Source of the DNA: a bacterium
GTDB taxonomy: Bacteria; Fidelibacterota; UBA2242
Length of the DNA: 33,893 nucleotides
Reading direction: 5' to 3'
Assembly: GCA_018895675.1 (NCBI GenBank)
Contig: JAHIOG010000495.1
Coordinates: 1-33,893, forward strand
Shown in pieces: positions 26,805 through 33,893 of this stretch. The translations under genes were made by a program, and so were the position numbers. Below the pieces are notes generated by a model. It saw only the letters and a list, made by a program, of their open reading frames with translations. It made no database searches and was not told the origin of the DNA. Position 1 is the stretch's first letter. Every line of letters begins with the position of its first letter.

Positions 26805-26828
26805 CCTTTCCAGTAGTTGTTGGAAAGG
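26805..26828 (-). promoter_or_regulatory. perfect 8-bp hairpin in the leader of the REC-malic enzyme gene
   Basis: CCTTTCCA-GTAGTTGT-TGGAAAGG, 26 nt upstream of the ATG at 26778 and about 13 nt upstream of its AGGAGGG RBS. No U-tract follows on the minus strand. Confidence 0.25.
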
Positions 26829-26935
26829 TCGAGGAAGTAATTCACATAAAACCATAATATCATAAGAATCGATGCAAATAACTGTAAATAATGTTTTATA
26901 ATTGCTCATCTCATTCTTATAAGCATCTAACTCTA

Positions 26936-27724
26936 CTAAACATATTTTCGTATCTTTGCCAATATATGTTCAGACTTTATTGGTTTAGGAATAAACTCAT
27001 CTACCTTATGTGTACCAGCCATAGTACGCGCAAAATCGGGCTTTCTAAATTGCTTATCAAGAGCTGTTAGCATAATAATGGGTATATTATATGTTCGAGT
27101 ATCTGTCTTTAATTCACGTGATACTGTAAAGCCGTCTTTATCTGGAAGCATAGCATCTATTAATATAAGATCAGGCAGCATCGCCTTAGCCATCTTAATT
27201 CCCCCATTTGCAGTATCTGCAGACTGTACTTCAAAATCATTCGATTCTAATAACTCCCGCATTGAGCGTACAAAATCTATATCACCATCAATAATCAGTA
27301 CTTTCTTTTTATTTGTCGGTTCAGAGACAGTGATTCTCCTTCGAGTAATCAATGCATAGACTCTTGCAAGTAATTCTTTTGGATCAATGGGTTTCTCCGC
27401 AAAATCATCGGCATTGTGGTATAAAGCGATTCTCTCTGCGTATTTTTTTCCCTCAAATTCGGTACTGACAGATGTCAAAATAAGGATTGGTATCTCCAAT
27501 AAGCCTGTCATTTTCTTTAACTCACTGCATATTGAAAAACCATCTTCACCCGGCAACATTATGTCCAATATTACAAGGTCAGGTTTCTCTTTTTTAAACT
27601 TCCGTAGCGCCTCTTTTCCATCGAATGCCGTAACAATATCATGTCCGTTACTTTCCAATATTTTAGTTGTAGATTTGCAAAAATCGACATCATCATCTAC
27701 GAGTAAAATTTTTGCTCCCTTCAT
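26936..27724 (-). CDS. tandem double-receiver (REC-REC) response regulator without an output domain
   Basis: 262 aa. REC1: ILLVDDDVD...DLVILDIMLPGEDG...ILILTS...FAEKP. REC2: VLIIDGDID...DLILIDAMLPDKDG...IIMLTA...FIPKP. GGAGGAG RBS present. The start overlaps the upstream kinase stop (ATGA at 27721-27724). Confidence 0.85.
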   Translation of the reverse strand: MKGAKILLVDDDVDFCKSTTKILESNGHDIVTAFDGKEALRKFKKEKPDLVILDIMLPGEDGFSICSELKKMTGLLEIPILILTSVSTEFEGKKYAERIALYHNADDFAEKPIDPKELLARVYALITRRRITVSEPTNKKKVLIIDGDIDFVRSMRELLESNDFEVQSADTANGGIKMAKAMLPDLILIDAMLPDKDGFTVSRELKTDTRTYNIPIIMLTALDKQFRKPDFARTMAGTHKVDEFIPKPIKSEHILAKIRKYV

Positions 27725-28824
27725 TTCTCCTCCTCACTTTTTGGCAAAAGCACTGTAAAAGTACTCCCCTTCTCAGGTTTACTTGTTACCTTGATAGTAG
27801 CGGAATGAGCATCCATTATCCTTTTTACAATTGATAAGCCCAAGCCGGTACTATCAGATTTAAATTCAACTTGATAAAATTGTTCGAAGATAAAAGGCAA
27901 TTTATCCTCTGGAATTCCGATACCATTATCAGAAATACTCACCTCTATATATCCATTCTTTTCTTTTGCACCAACAAACAGACTTCCACCATAATTACCA
28001 TATTTTATTCCATTATCAACCAAATTTAAGAACGCCTGTTCCAGAGTTTCCTTATCAGCAGAAATTGTAGGAAGATTTTCAGGAATATCCATCTTTAGAG
28101 TAATGTTCTTTTCCTTTGCAATTGTCTGCATCAAATTAAAAATATTCGTGAAAATTGAAGTTATATTTACCGATGCCAATTTTTTTACAATCCTATTAGC
28201 ATCTATCTTTGATAGATTAAGCCAGTCCTTGATTAAATATATCAGCTGGTCAATGCGAATTTTAGACCTCTCCAGCATCTCTCTTTGTTCATCATTGACT
28301 TCACCAGCCATACCACCGAGAATTACTTCAAAATATTGCTGCACAGCAACAAGAGGAGTTCTAAGTTGATGTGAAACCATACTAATGAATCCTTCTCTCA
28401 TTTCATTTTTCTCTTGAAGTAAGCGATTAGATTCAATAGTCAATCGCCTTTTCTCAAGGGCTCTTTTAGTGATCAGTCGTAGCTCTTCAGGAGTAAACGG
28501 CTTAGGCAAAAAATCGTATGCGCCTTTTTTCATCGATTCGATTGCCGAATCTATTGACGCATAACCCGTTATCACTATAGTAACAATTTCCGGGTCAATT
28601 TTTTTAATCTCTTCAAGCACAACCATACCACTTATCCCGGGCATTTTCAGGTCAACAAGCACAAGATCGGGATTTATATCTTTAACCTTTTGCATGCCAG
28701 AAATACCATCGCCTGCAATATCTACTATATAACCACTTTTCACGTATGTCTGCACACATGCATCACACATGGATTCATCATCATCAATAATAAGTATTGT
28801 AATATTTTCTGTTCTATTAATCAT
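27721..28824 (-). CDS. REC-HisKA-HATPase_c histidine kinase whose only input domain is a receiver
   Basis: ILIIDDDES...DLVLVDLKMPGISG...VITGYAS...DFLPKPF, then a coiled linker, the H-box SHQLRTPL, N box LVDNGIKY, and G boxes DNGIGI and GLGLSI. There is no TM, PAS or GAF segment. The track ORF begins at a TTG (28917); I prefer the ATG at 28822-28824, but neither has a good RBS. Confidence 0.85.
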   Translation of the reverse strand: MINRTENITILIIDDDESMCDACVQTYVKSGYIVDIAGDGISGMQKVKDINPDLVLVDLKMPGISGMVVLEEIKKIDPEIVTIVITGYASIDSAIESMKKGAYDFLPKPFTPEELRLITKRALEKRRLTIESNRLLQEKNEMREGFISMVSHQLRTPLVAVQQYFEVILGGMAGEVNDEQREMLERSKIRIDQLIYLIKDWLNLSKIDANRIVKKLASVNITSIFTNIFNLMQTIAKEKNITLKMDIPENLPTISADKETLEQAFLNLVDNGIKYGNYGGSLFVGAKEKNGYIEVSISDNGIGIPEDKLPFIFEQFYQVEFKSDSTGLGLSIVKRIMDAHSATIKVTSKPEKGSTFTVLLPKSEEEK

Positions 28825-29043
28825 CTTACTTGTGGTAGCGTCAAATTCTATACCAAATAACAAAACAGCCTGATGGATCAAATCCCAATTGGCTGTTATA
28901 CAATAACTTGCGCCCAAAATATATATTCAGGCAGCTATTTTTGAATAGTTAGAGTTGCTTATTATGTGAAGAATTCGACCTCAGTCATGGAGAATTATTC
29001 CCCAGAGTTGCCTCGAGTACATCTGGTACATCGTTTGCATTTT

Positions 29044-30876
29044 TCATTTCATCAATATGAACAATAAAACTGCAAATCCGATGATAATCCAGAGTATATA
29101 AATTGGTAAAATACCCCTGTGTATCTTACTTAAACCCGAGTAAAGAGAAAAAGAGATGGTTTTTCCCCATTCATAAGGATCAAATGCTCGTGCCTTTGCT
29201 TTTTTATACAGGTACTTTAAAAAGCCAGTAGATTCAATAGTATCGTAAAAATGAATTCCTGATATTCTTAGCTCCTCACAATCGATAGGCTCTCCACCCA
29301 CGAAAATATCCCCCTCTTTCAAAGCCTTAATGTTTCCTAATCGATAGAAGATTATCCCGCATACCAGGCTGAAAGCAAGAAGAGTAGTGGCTAATGTAGG
29401 GCTCCACATCCCATTAAGGTTAATAGCTTCCCCAATTCCACTGAATCTTACTTCCAACACCGGTCCAATAAAATATTTTAAAGGGAATTGAGCAAAGATC
29501 CCAAAAAACACACAGAAAAGAGCAAGGATTACCAAAGGAACTTTCATCGAGAATTCCACTTCCTTCGGTTCCATGATCTCTTTTGGCATTTCACCCAAGA
29601 AGACCGAATGAAGAACTTTTACAAAAGAGGCCAGGGTTAATGCACTACCAAACATGGCGGCAATTAAAAAAATAGGCCATATTGAACCACCTACATCGAT
29701 TATCCCTTGATACACCATCCATTTGGAGACAAACCCATTTAAGGGGGGAATCCCGGATATGGAGAGGGCCGCAATCACACAGGTAATGAAAGTCACCGGC
29801 ATCGTCCTGGCTAAACCGCCTAACCTTTCTAAGTTAGTTGTTTTTATTCTGTGTTCAACCGCCCCGCAACACAGAAAGAGACAACATTTGTAAATGACGT
29901 TATTCAACATGTGAAATAACCCGCCAGCAATCCCTATTAGTGTTCCGGTGCCGATCCCCAAAACCATATACCCGACTTGCGAGACGGCATGATAAGAGAG
30001 CAACTTTCTCAGATCTTTTTGAACCAGGGCCATCATCACAGCGGCAATTATGGTGACTGCACCGATGCTCATCAAGAGAACCTTCATACTATAATCCATT
30101 ATGAAGAGGTCTAAAGCGATCCTAACCAAGAGGTAAATTCCAAGTAGCTTATCGAGCGCTGCTGGGAGAAAAGCCATAACTGGTACGTGGGCAACTTCAG
30201 CTGCATCCGGAATCCAGCTATGAAAAGGCATAGCACCTGCCTTAGCAACGGCTCCAATTGTCAGAAGAATAAAAGCTGCTGTAGACAATCCATCTTCTAT
30301 GGGGATTATTATCTCATTCATTGTTATGGTGCCTTTAAGATGCCAGATAATAACCACACCCAATAACATGAGAAAATCTGAACCTCCTACGATGATAATA
30401 CTCTTTAATGCCGCTTTTCCAGAGCCAGACCCACTAATATCTATAAGAAGATATAACAATACCGGCATAATACTCCAAAAAATCAGTAGAATAACCAGAT
30501 TGTTAGAAAGGATAGAACCATTAGCAATCCCCACCGTCCAAAGTAGATAGATGTAATATTCTTTCAAATGATATTTGCCTTTCATCTGTTTTAGAGAATA
30601 GATTGTGATTAACAATCCGAAAAACGAGCAAGCAAGGAGAATGAAGGCGCTAAAGTGGTAGGAGATAAGATCAAAATTTATTTGCGCAGAAGAGAGGGTA
30701 ATCCACTCTATCTGCAATCTGAGTTCATTCAAAAGTAGGATTTTCAAAGCCACAGCAGTGGTCAGTAGCATCCCAATAAAAGTGAATACCTCCCTGATTC
30801 GCTGCCAAGGAACAATTAGACATATAAATCCTATAGTTATTGGCAATATAATCGGAATGAGAAGAATCAAATTCAT
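29044..30876 (-). CDS. NuoL/HyfB/MrpD-like proton-translocating antiporter-type membrane subunit of a group 4 hydrogenase
   Basis: About 610-aa polytopic protein with antiporter-like blocks (WIPDAAEVAHVPVMAFL, SQVGYMVLGIG, HMLNNVIYKCCLF). The track ORF starts at 30936, inside the upstream gene. The ATG at 30874-30876 follows AGGAG and sits 2 nt after the upstream stop. Confidence 0.8.
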   Translation of the reverse strand: MNLILLIPIILPITIGFICLIVPWQRIREVFTFIGMLLTTAVALKILLLNELRLQIEWITLSSAQINFDLISYHFSAFILLACSFFGLLITIYSLKQMKGKYHLKEYYIYLLWTVGIANGSILSNNLVILLIFWSIMPVLLYLLIDISGSGSGKAALKSIIIVGGSDFLMLLGVVIIWHLKGTITMNEIIIPIEDGLSTAAFILLTIGAVAKAGAMPFHSWIPDAAEVAHVPVMAFLPAALDKLLGIYLLVRIALDLFIMDYSMKVLLMSIGAVTIIAAVMMALVQKDLRKLLSYHAVSQVGYMVLGIGTGTLIGIAGGLFHMLNNVIYKCCLFLCCGAVEHRIKTTNLERLGGLARTMPVTFITCVIAALSISGIPPLNGFVSKWMVYQGIIDVGGSIWPIFLIAAMFGSALTLASFVKVLHSVFLGEMPKEIMEPKEVEFSMKVPLVILALFCVFFGIFAQFPLKYFIGPVLEVRFSGIGEAINLNGMWSPTLATTLLAFSLVCGIIFYRLGNIKALKEGDIFVGGEPIDCEELRISGIHFYDTIESTGFLKYLYKKAKARAFDPYEWGKTISFSLYSGLSKIHRGILPIYILWIIIGFAVLLFILMK

Positions 30877-30878
30877 TT

Positions 30879-31814
30879 TTACTCTCCTATCAGTGCCAGA
30901 ATCATCCCGACAACCGCAAGCGGAGTCACAAGCCACCAGAAGAACTTAATTGCCTGATCAATACGGAGGCGAGGATGAGTTGTTTTGATTAATATTATTA
31001 GAAGAAGAATTGCCAGATATTCAACCAGTACAATTAGAATTCCTTTTATATTGAAATTAATTCCACCGAAAAAAAGAGAAATCAAAAAGAAGGGTAAGAT
31101 AAATAACATCATAGCATTGGTTAATTTGAATATAGCAAGCGAGACGCCGGAATATTCTGCCAGAGTGCCCCCAATAATTTCTGTTTCTGCCTCCGGAATA
31201 TCGAAAGGTATGTAGGTGAGTTTAGCCTGAATACAAGGGAGACAGACGATAAAAGCAATTACACACGAAGGATTTCCCACTAAAACTCCCTGAATGGATT
31301 GAAATGTGATAATCTCTCCCAAGAGTATTGATTTGACCTTCAATATAACGGTAATAATTGCAATGAGAAATGGCAGTTCATATGCTAATATCATTTTCAT
31401 TTCCCTGCTAGCGCCTATGACTCCAAAAGGATTTCGCGAAGAAGAACCACCCATAATTAAAGCAAGAGAAGGTAGAATCAATAAGTAAAGCACTACAATC
31501 AAGTCACCTACAAAACTTACTTCCTGGTTTATGTTTACTCTCCAGATTATGGTCGATACCAGAGTGATGCCGGCTAATCCTAAAAGAGGAGCCAATAAAA
31601 AACCAGCCTTTCTGCTCCCTCTGGGTATTATCATCGTTTTGCCCATCAGTTTGAGAACATCGGCATAACACTGATACCAGGGTGGTCCTATTCTACTTTG
31701 GATTCGTGCGGCTATCTTTCTATCGACCCAACAGAAGAAAAGGCCGAAGACACAAGTAAAAATTAAACCTGGAAAGATAATTGTATAGAATATGGCTCTT
31801 AAAATGTCATCCAT
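30879..31814 (-). CDS. NuoH/HycD/EchB-like membrane subunit of a group 4 hydrogenase
   Basis: 311 aa, about 8 TM segments, with RKI.AR.Q.R.GP, FD.PEAE.E and EYSG motifs of the NuoH/HycD family. It overlaps the upstream gene by 16 nt. Confidence 0.85.
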   Translation of the reverse strand: MDDILRAIFYTIIFPGLIFTCVFGLFFCWVDRKIAARIQSRIGPPWYQCYADVLKLMGKTMIIPRGSRKAGFLLAPLLGLAGITLVSTIIWRVNINQEVSFVGDLIVVLYLLILPSLALIMGGSSSRNPFGVIGASREMKMILAYELPFLIAIITVILKVKSILLGEIITFQSIQGVLVGNPSCVIAFIVCLPCIQAKLTYIPFDIPEAETEIIGGTLAEYSGVSLAIFKLTNAMMLFILPFFLISLFFGGINFNIKGILIVLVEYLAILLLIILIKTTHPRLRIDQAIKFFWWLVTPLAVVGMILALIGE

Positions 31815-32278
31815 TTTTCGGGACTTTCTTCTTTTAAGATTACTGGAGAAACTTTCTTCTTAACTAATCCTAATGCCACTGCAATGCCATAAAGGATAGC
31901 TTCAGGGCGGGGTGGACATCCGGGGATGAAGTAATCAACAGGAAGTACTTTATCAACACCACCTATAACATTGTAGGTGTTGTACCAAATTCCACCACCA
32001 ATGGCACAGGATCCAATAGCAATGATCAACTTAGGATCGGGCACAGAATCGTACAAACATTTGAGGGCGGGAACTACTTGTCGGGTCACGGGGCCGCAAA
32101 CTAATAGTGCATCAGCGTGCCGAGGGGTTCCCACTAATTTGATCCCGAATCTCTCAGCGTCATAATAGGGTGTCAACGCATTAATTACCTCGATGTCACA
32201 GCCGTTACAGGCTCCGGTATTTGTGTGATAAACCCAGATGGATTTCTTGAAGCATTTGTTTAATAGAGTCTTGAACAT
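31799..32278 (-). CDS. NuoB-like [NiFe]-hydrogenase small subunit (HycG/EchC/MbhJ type)
   Basis: 159 aa: CNGCDIE...GPVT...GSCA.GGG...IPGCPPRPEA, the four-Cys proximal [4Fe-4S] motif of NuoB/group 4 small subunits. Confidence 0.9.
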   Translation of the reverse strand: MFKTLLNKCFKKSIWVYHTNTGACNGCDIEVINALTPYYDAERFGIKLVGTPRHADALLVCGPVTRQVVPALKCLYDSVPDPKLIIAIGSCAIGGGIWYNTYNVIGGVDKVLPVDYFIPGCPPRPEAILYGIAVALGLVKKKVSPVILKEESPEKWMTF

Positions 32279-32429
32279 GACTGCTATCCCCTTAAATTAA
32301 CCGCAAAGTTAGCTGAGTGGTTGTAAAACATGTAAGTGTAATAAAAACTCAGTAATTTTTGTACCTTCTTTGTGTTCTCTACATTTAAAAAGTTTGTGCT
32401 TTCAAATGTGCTATTTGCCAATTTAATAC

Positions 32430-33893
32430 CTAAATATTTTTCTTTATTTTCTCAGTCTTTTCTCTACTCAGGCTCATTAAATCCTGACAATTTAAAGTTT
32501 GCTTATCGGTTTTTTTCTTCACTACGATCATTCGCTCTGTACACGAGAAACAAGGATCGAGGCTGCCGATTGCAATAAGGACATCTGCTATTTGTTCATT
32601 CTTAATGATTGCCGGAACAACCTGAAGATTGGGATAGGTCGGGGCTCTTACTTTCCAGCGATAAGGTCGATTTTCACTACCAGTTAACACGTAATGTATG
32701 GCTTCACCACGTGGGGCTTCTACCACACAGATAGCTTCTTTATTAGGTGGAATCTCTTCCACGTGAGCCATGATCTCTCCTTCAGGCATTTCTCTGAGTG
32801 CTTGTCTTATGATCTTTACTGATTCAAATAATTCCTCTAATCGGACTAAAGTACGAGACCAACAACACCCATCCTGCTTAACTGGAACTTTAAATTGCAG
32901 CTTGTCATAGGCAGCATAGGGATGATCCCTACGAGAGTCGATATTCACTCCTGAGGCTCTAGCAACAGGACCGACCACACACATATCTAAAGCCTCATCC
33001 TTTGTTAGTACACCCACCTTTTTTAATCTGACATGCAAAGAAGTGTCGCCAAGAATAGCATTCACTAGAGCCTTTAATTCCTTCTCAATTTTATCGATTG
33101 TTTCATAAACTTTTGGATGTAATTCCTTGTGAATATCTCTTCTTACTCCTCCTATTAGGTTCATACCGTAAGTTTTTCTGTTGCCGGTAATCTGTTCGCA
33201 CAACCACATTACGGGTTCCCGGATGCGCCAGCTATGCATCAGGATGGTATCAAATCCAATGATATGACCAGCAATCCCAACCCATAAGAGGTGACTTGCT
33301 ATCCTTTCCAGCTCCAGCATAATAGTGCGGATGTATTGGGCTCGGGGAGGCACTTTTATGTCTGCAGCTTCTTCAATAGCCTGACAGTAACAGCATGAAT
33401 GCACAAATCCACAAATACCGCAAATGCGTTCAGCCATAAAGCATATTTGGTTGTAGGTCTGGACGCTGTCAGCGAGTTTTTCTATACCTCTATGATTATA
33501 GAATCCCCTGTAGTCACAGCCTACGACTTTCTCACCCTCAACAAAGACCTTAAAGTAAGCGGGCTCTTCTAAAACCGGAAAAAAAGGACCAATGGGTACA
33601 ACCTTGGCACCTTTAGGTGGTGGTGCTAATTTCACCCTGTTTTGAGGTCGGGCAGGAGGTTTGTAGTCGTAAGGGAAGTCTCTACATAAAGGGTAAACAT
33701 CATCGGGCCAATCATCAGCAAGTACCAATCGACGGGGATCCGGGTGATTCCGTGGATGAACCCCGATCATGTCACGAACTTCCCGCTCTGCCCAGTTCGC
33801 ACCCGGGATTATTGGAGTGATGGAGTCTATAAAAGGGATGTTGGGATCAATATGTGTATGGATGCACACAAACAGTTTTTCGTTATCCAGTGA
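32430..33893 (-). CDS. group 4 [NiFe]-hydrogenase large subunit, NuoC-NuoD-like fusion (HycE-like); 5' end beyond the window
   Basis: The reading frame stays open to position 33893 (SLDNEKLFVCIHTH...), so the track's GTG at 33869 is not the real start. The NuoC-like part is PGANWAEREVRDMIGVHP..HPDPRRL. The large-subunit Ni-binding motifs RICGICGFVH (N-terminal) and DPCFSCTER (C-terminal) are retained, which separates it from complex I NuoD. Confidence 0.9.
   Translation of the reverse strand, partial: SLDNEKLFVCIHTHIDPNIPFIDSITPIIPGANWAEREVRDMIGVHPRNHPDPRRLVLADDWPDDVYPLCRDFPYDYKPPARPQNRVKLAPPPKGAKVVPIGPFFPVLEEPAYFKVFVEGEKVVGCDYRGFYNHRGIEKLADSVQTYNQICFMAERICGICGFVHSCCYCQAIEEAADIKVPPRAQYIRTIMLELERIASHLLWVGIAGHIIGFDTILMHSWRIREPVMWLCEQITGNRKTYGMNLIGGVRRDIHKELHPKVYETIDKIEKELKALVNAILGDTSLHVRLKKVGVLTKDEALDMCVVGPVARASGVNIDSRRDHPYAAYDKLQFKVPVKQDGCCWSRTLVRLEELFESVKIIRQALREMPEGEIMAHVEEIPPNKEAICVVEAPRGEAIHYVLTGSENRPYRWKVRAPTYPNLQVVPAIIKNEQIADVLIAIGSLDPCFSCTERMIVVKKKTDKQTLNCQDLMSLSREKTEKIKKNI

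Noticed and set aside
30877-30936. Cys-rich N-terminal extension (MACDSACGCRDDSGTDRRVK) of the NuoL-like ORF, which looks like a metal-binding peptide
   Set aside because: It lies entirely inside the 3' end of the NuoH-like gene in another frame. A strong AGGAG RBS precedes the ATG at 30876, 2 nt after the upstream stop. That ATG is the real start.
29044-33893. Interpretation of the NuoB/C/D/H/L-like genes as a partial respiratory complex I (nuo) operon
   Set aside because: The NuoD-like protein keeps both [NiFe]-site Cys pairs (RICGICGFVH and DPCFSCTER) and a cleavable-type C-terminal tail. These are features of group 4 hydrogenases that NuoD has lost.

Overview
AT-rich bacterial chromosomal segment, roughly 35-40% GC by eye, with clear GGAGG-type Shine-Dalgarno sites. 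It probably comes from an uncultivated anaerobe; I cannot assign taxonomy from sequence alone. Almost all genes are on the minus strand.

Gene content, left to right:
- Housekeeping or accessory genes: a partial GNAT acetyltransferase (missing from the ORF track), a SAM methyltransferase and a TauE/SafE exporter.
- An initiator-type tRNA-Met, followed by a small GIY-YIG nuclease ORF and a decayed second copy of the tRNA 3' half.
- A universal stress protein and a YjbQ-family protein.
- A 1345-aa multi-PAS/GAF hybrid histidine kinase.
- A RAYT/IS200-like HUH transposase bracketed by REP-like palindromic repeats, then a TPR protein.
- A large central-carbon supercluster: icd, citrate synthase, aconitase, large-type malic enzyme, a larA-like 3' remnant, a decayed ORF, a divergent ATP-type PEPCK, a LarA-like nickel-pincer racemase homolog, two tandem LDH-like malate dehydrogenase paralogs and acetate kinase.
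- A signalling module: REC-histidine kinase, REC-REC, and a REC domain fused to a short-type malic enzyme that is translationally coupled to ackA.
- A group-4 membrane-bound [NiFe]-hydrogenase module: fused NuoC/D-like large subunit (5'-truncated at the window edge), NuoB-like small subunit, and NuoH-like and NuoL-like membrane subunits.

Most interesting candidates:
1. The REC-HK / REC-REC / REC-malic-enzyme / AckA module. It suggests direct phosphorylation control of a central metabolic enzyme, possibly with acetyl phosphate as the signal.
2. The mdh-mdh-larA translationally coupled trio, a candidate malate racemase system.
3. A CxxC-X14-CxxC zinc-ribbon-like insertion next to the substrate/phosphorylation loop of isocitrate dehydrogenase.
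4. The tRNA-fMet / GIY-YIG / tRNA-remnant structure.
5. A 92%-identical ~210-bp duplication of the larA 3' end bracketing pckA.

No CRISPR array, rRNA or recognisable phage-defence genes were seen.
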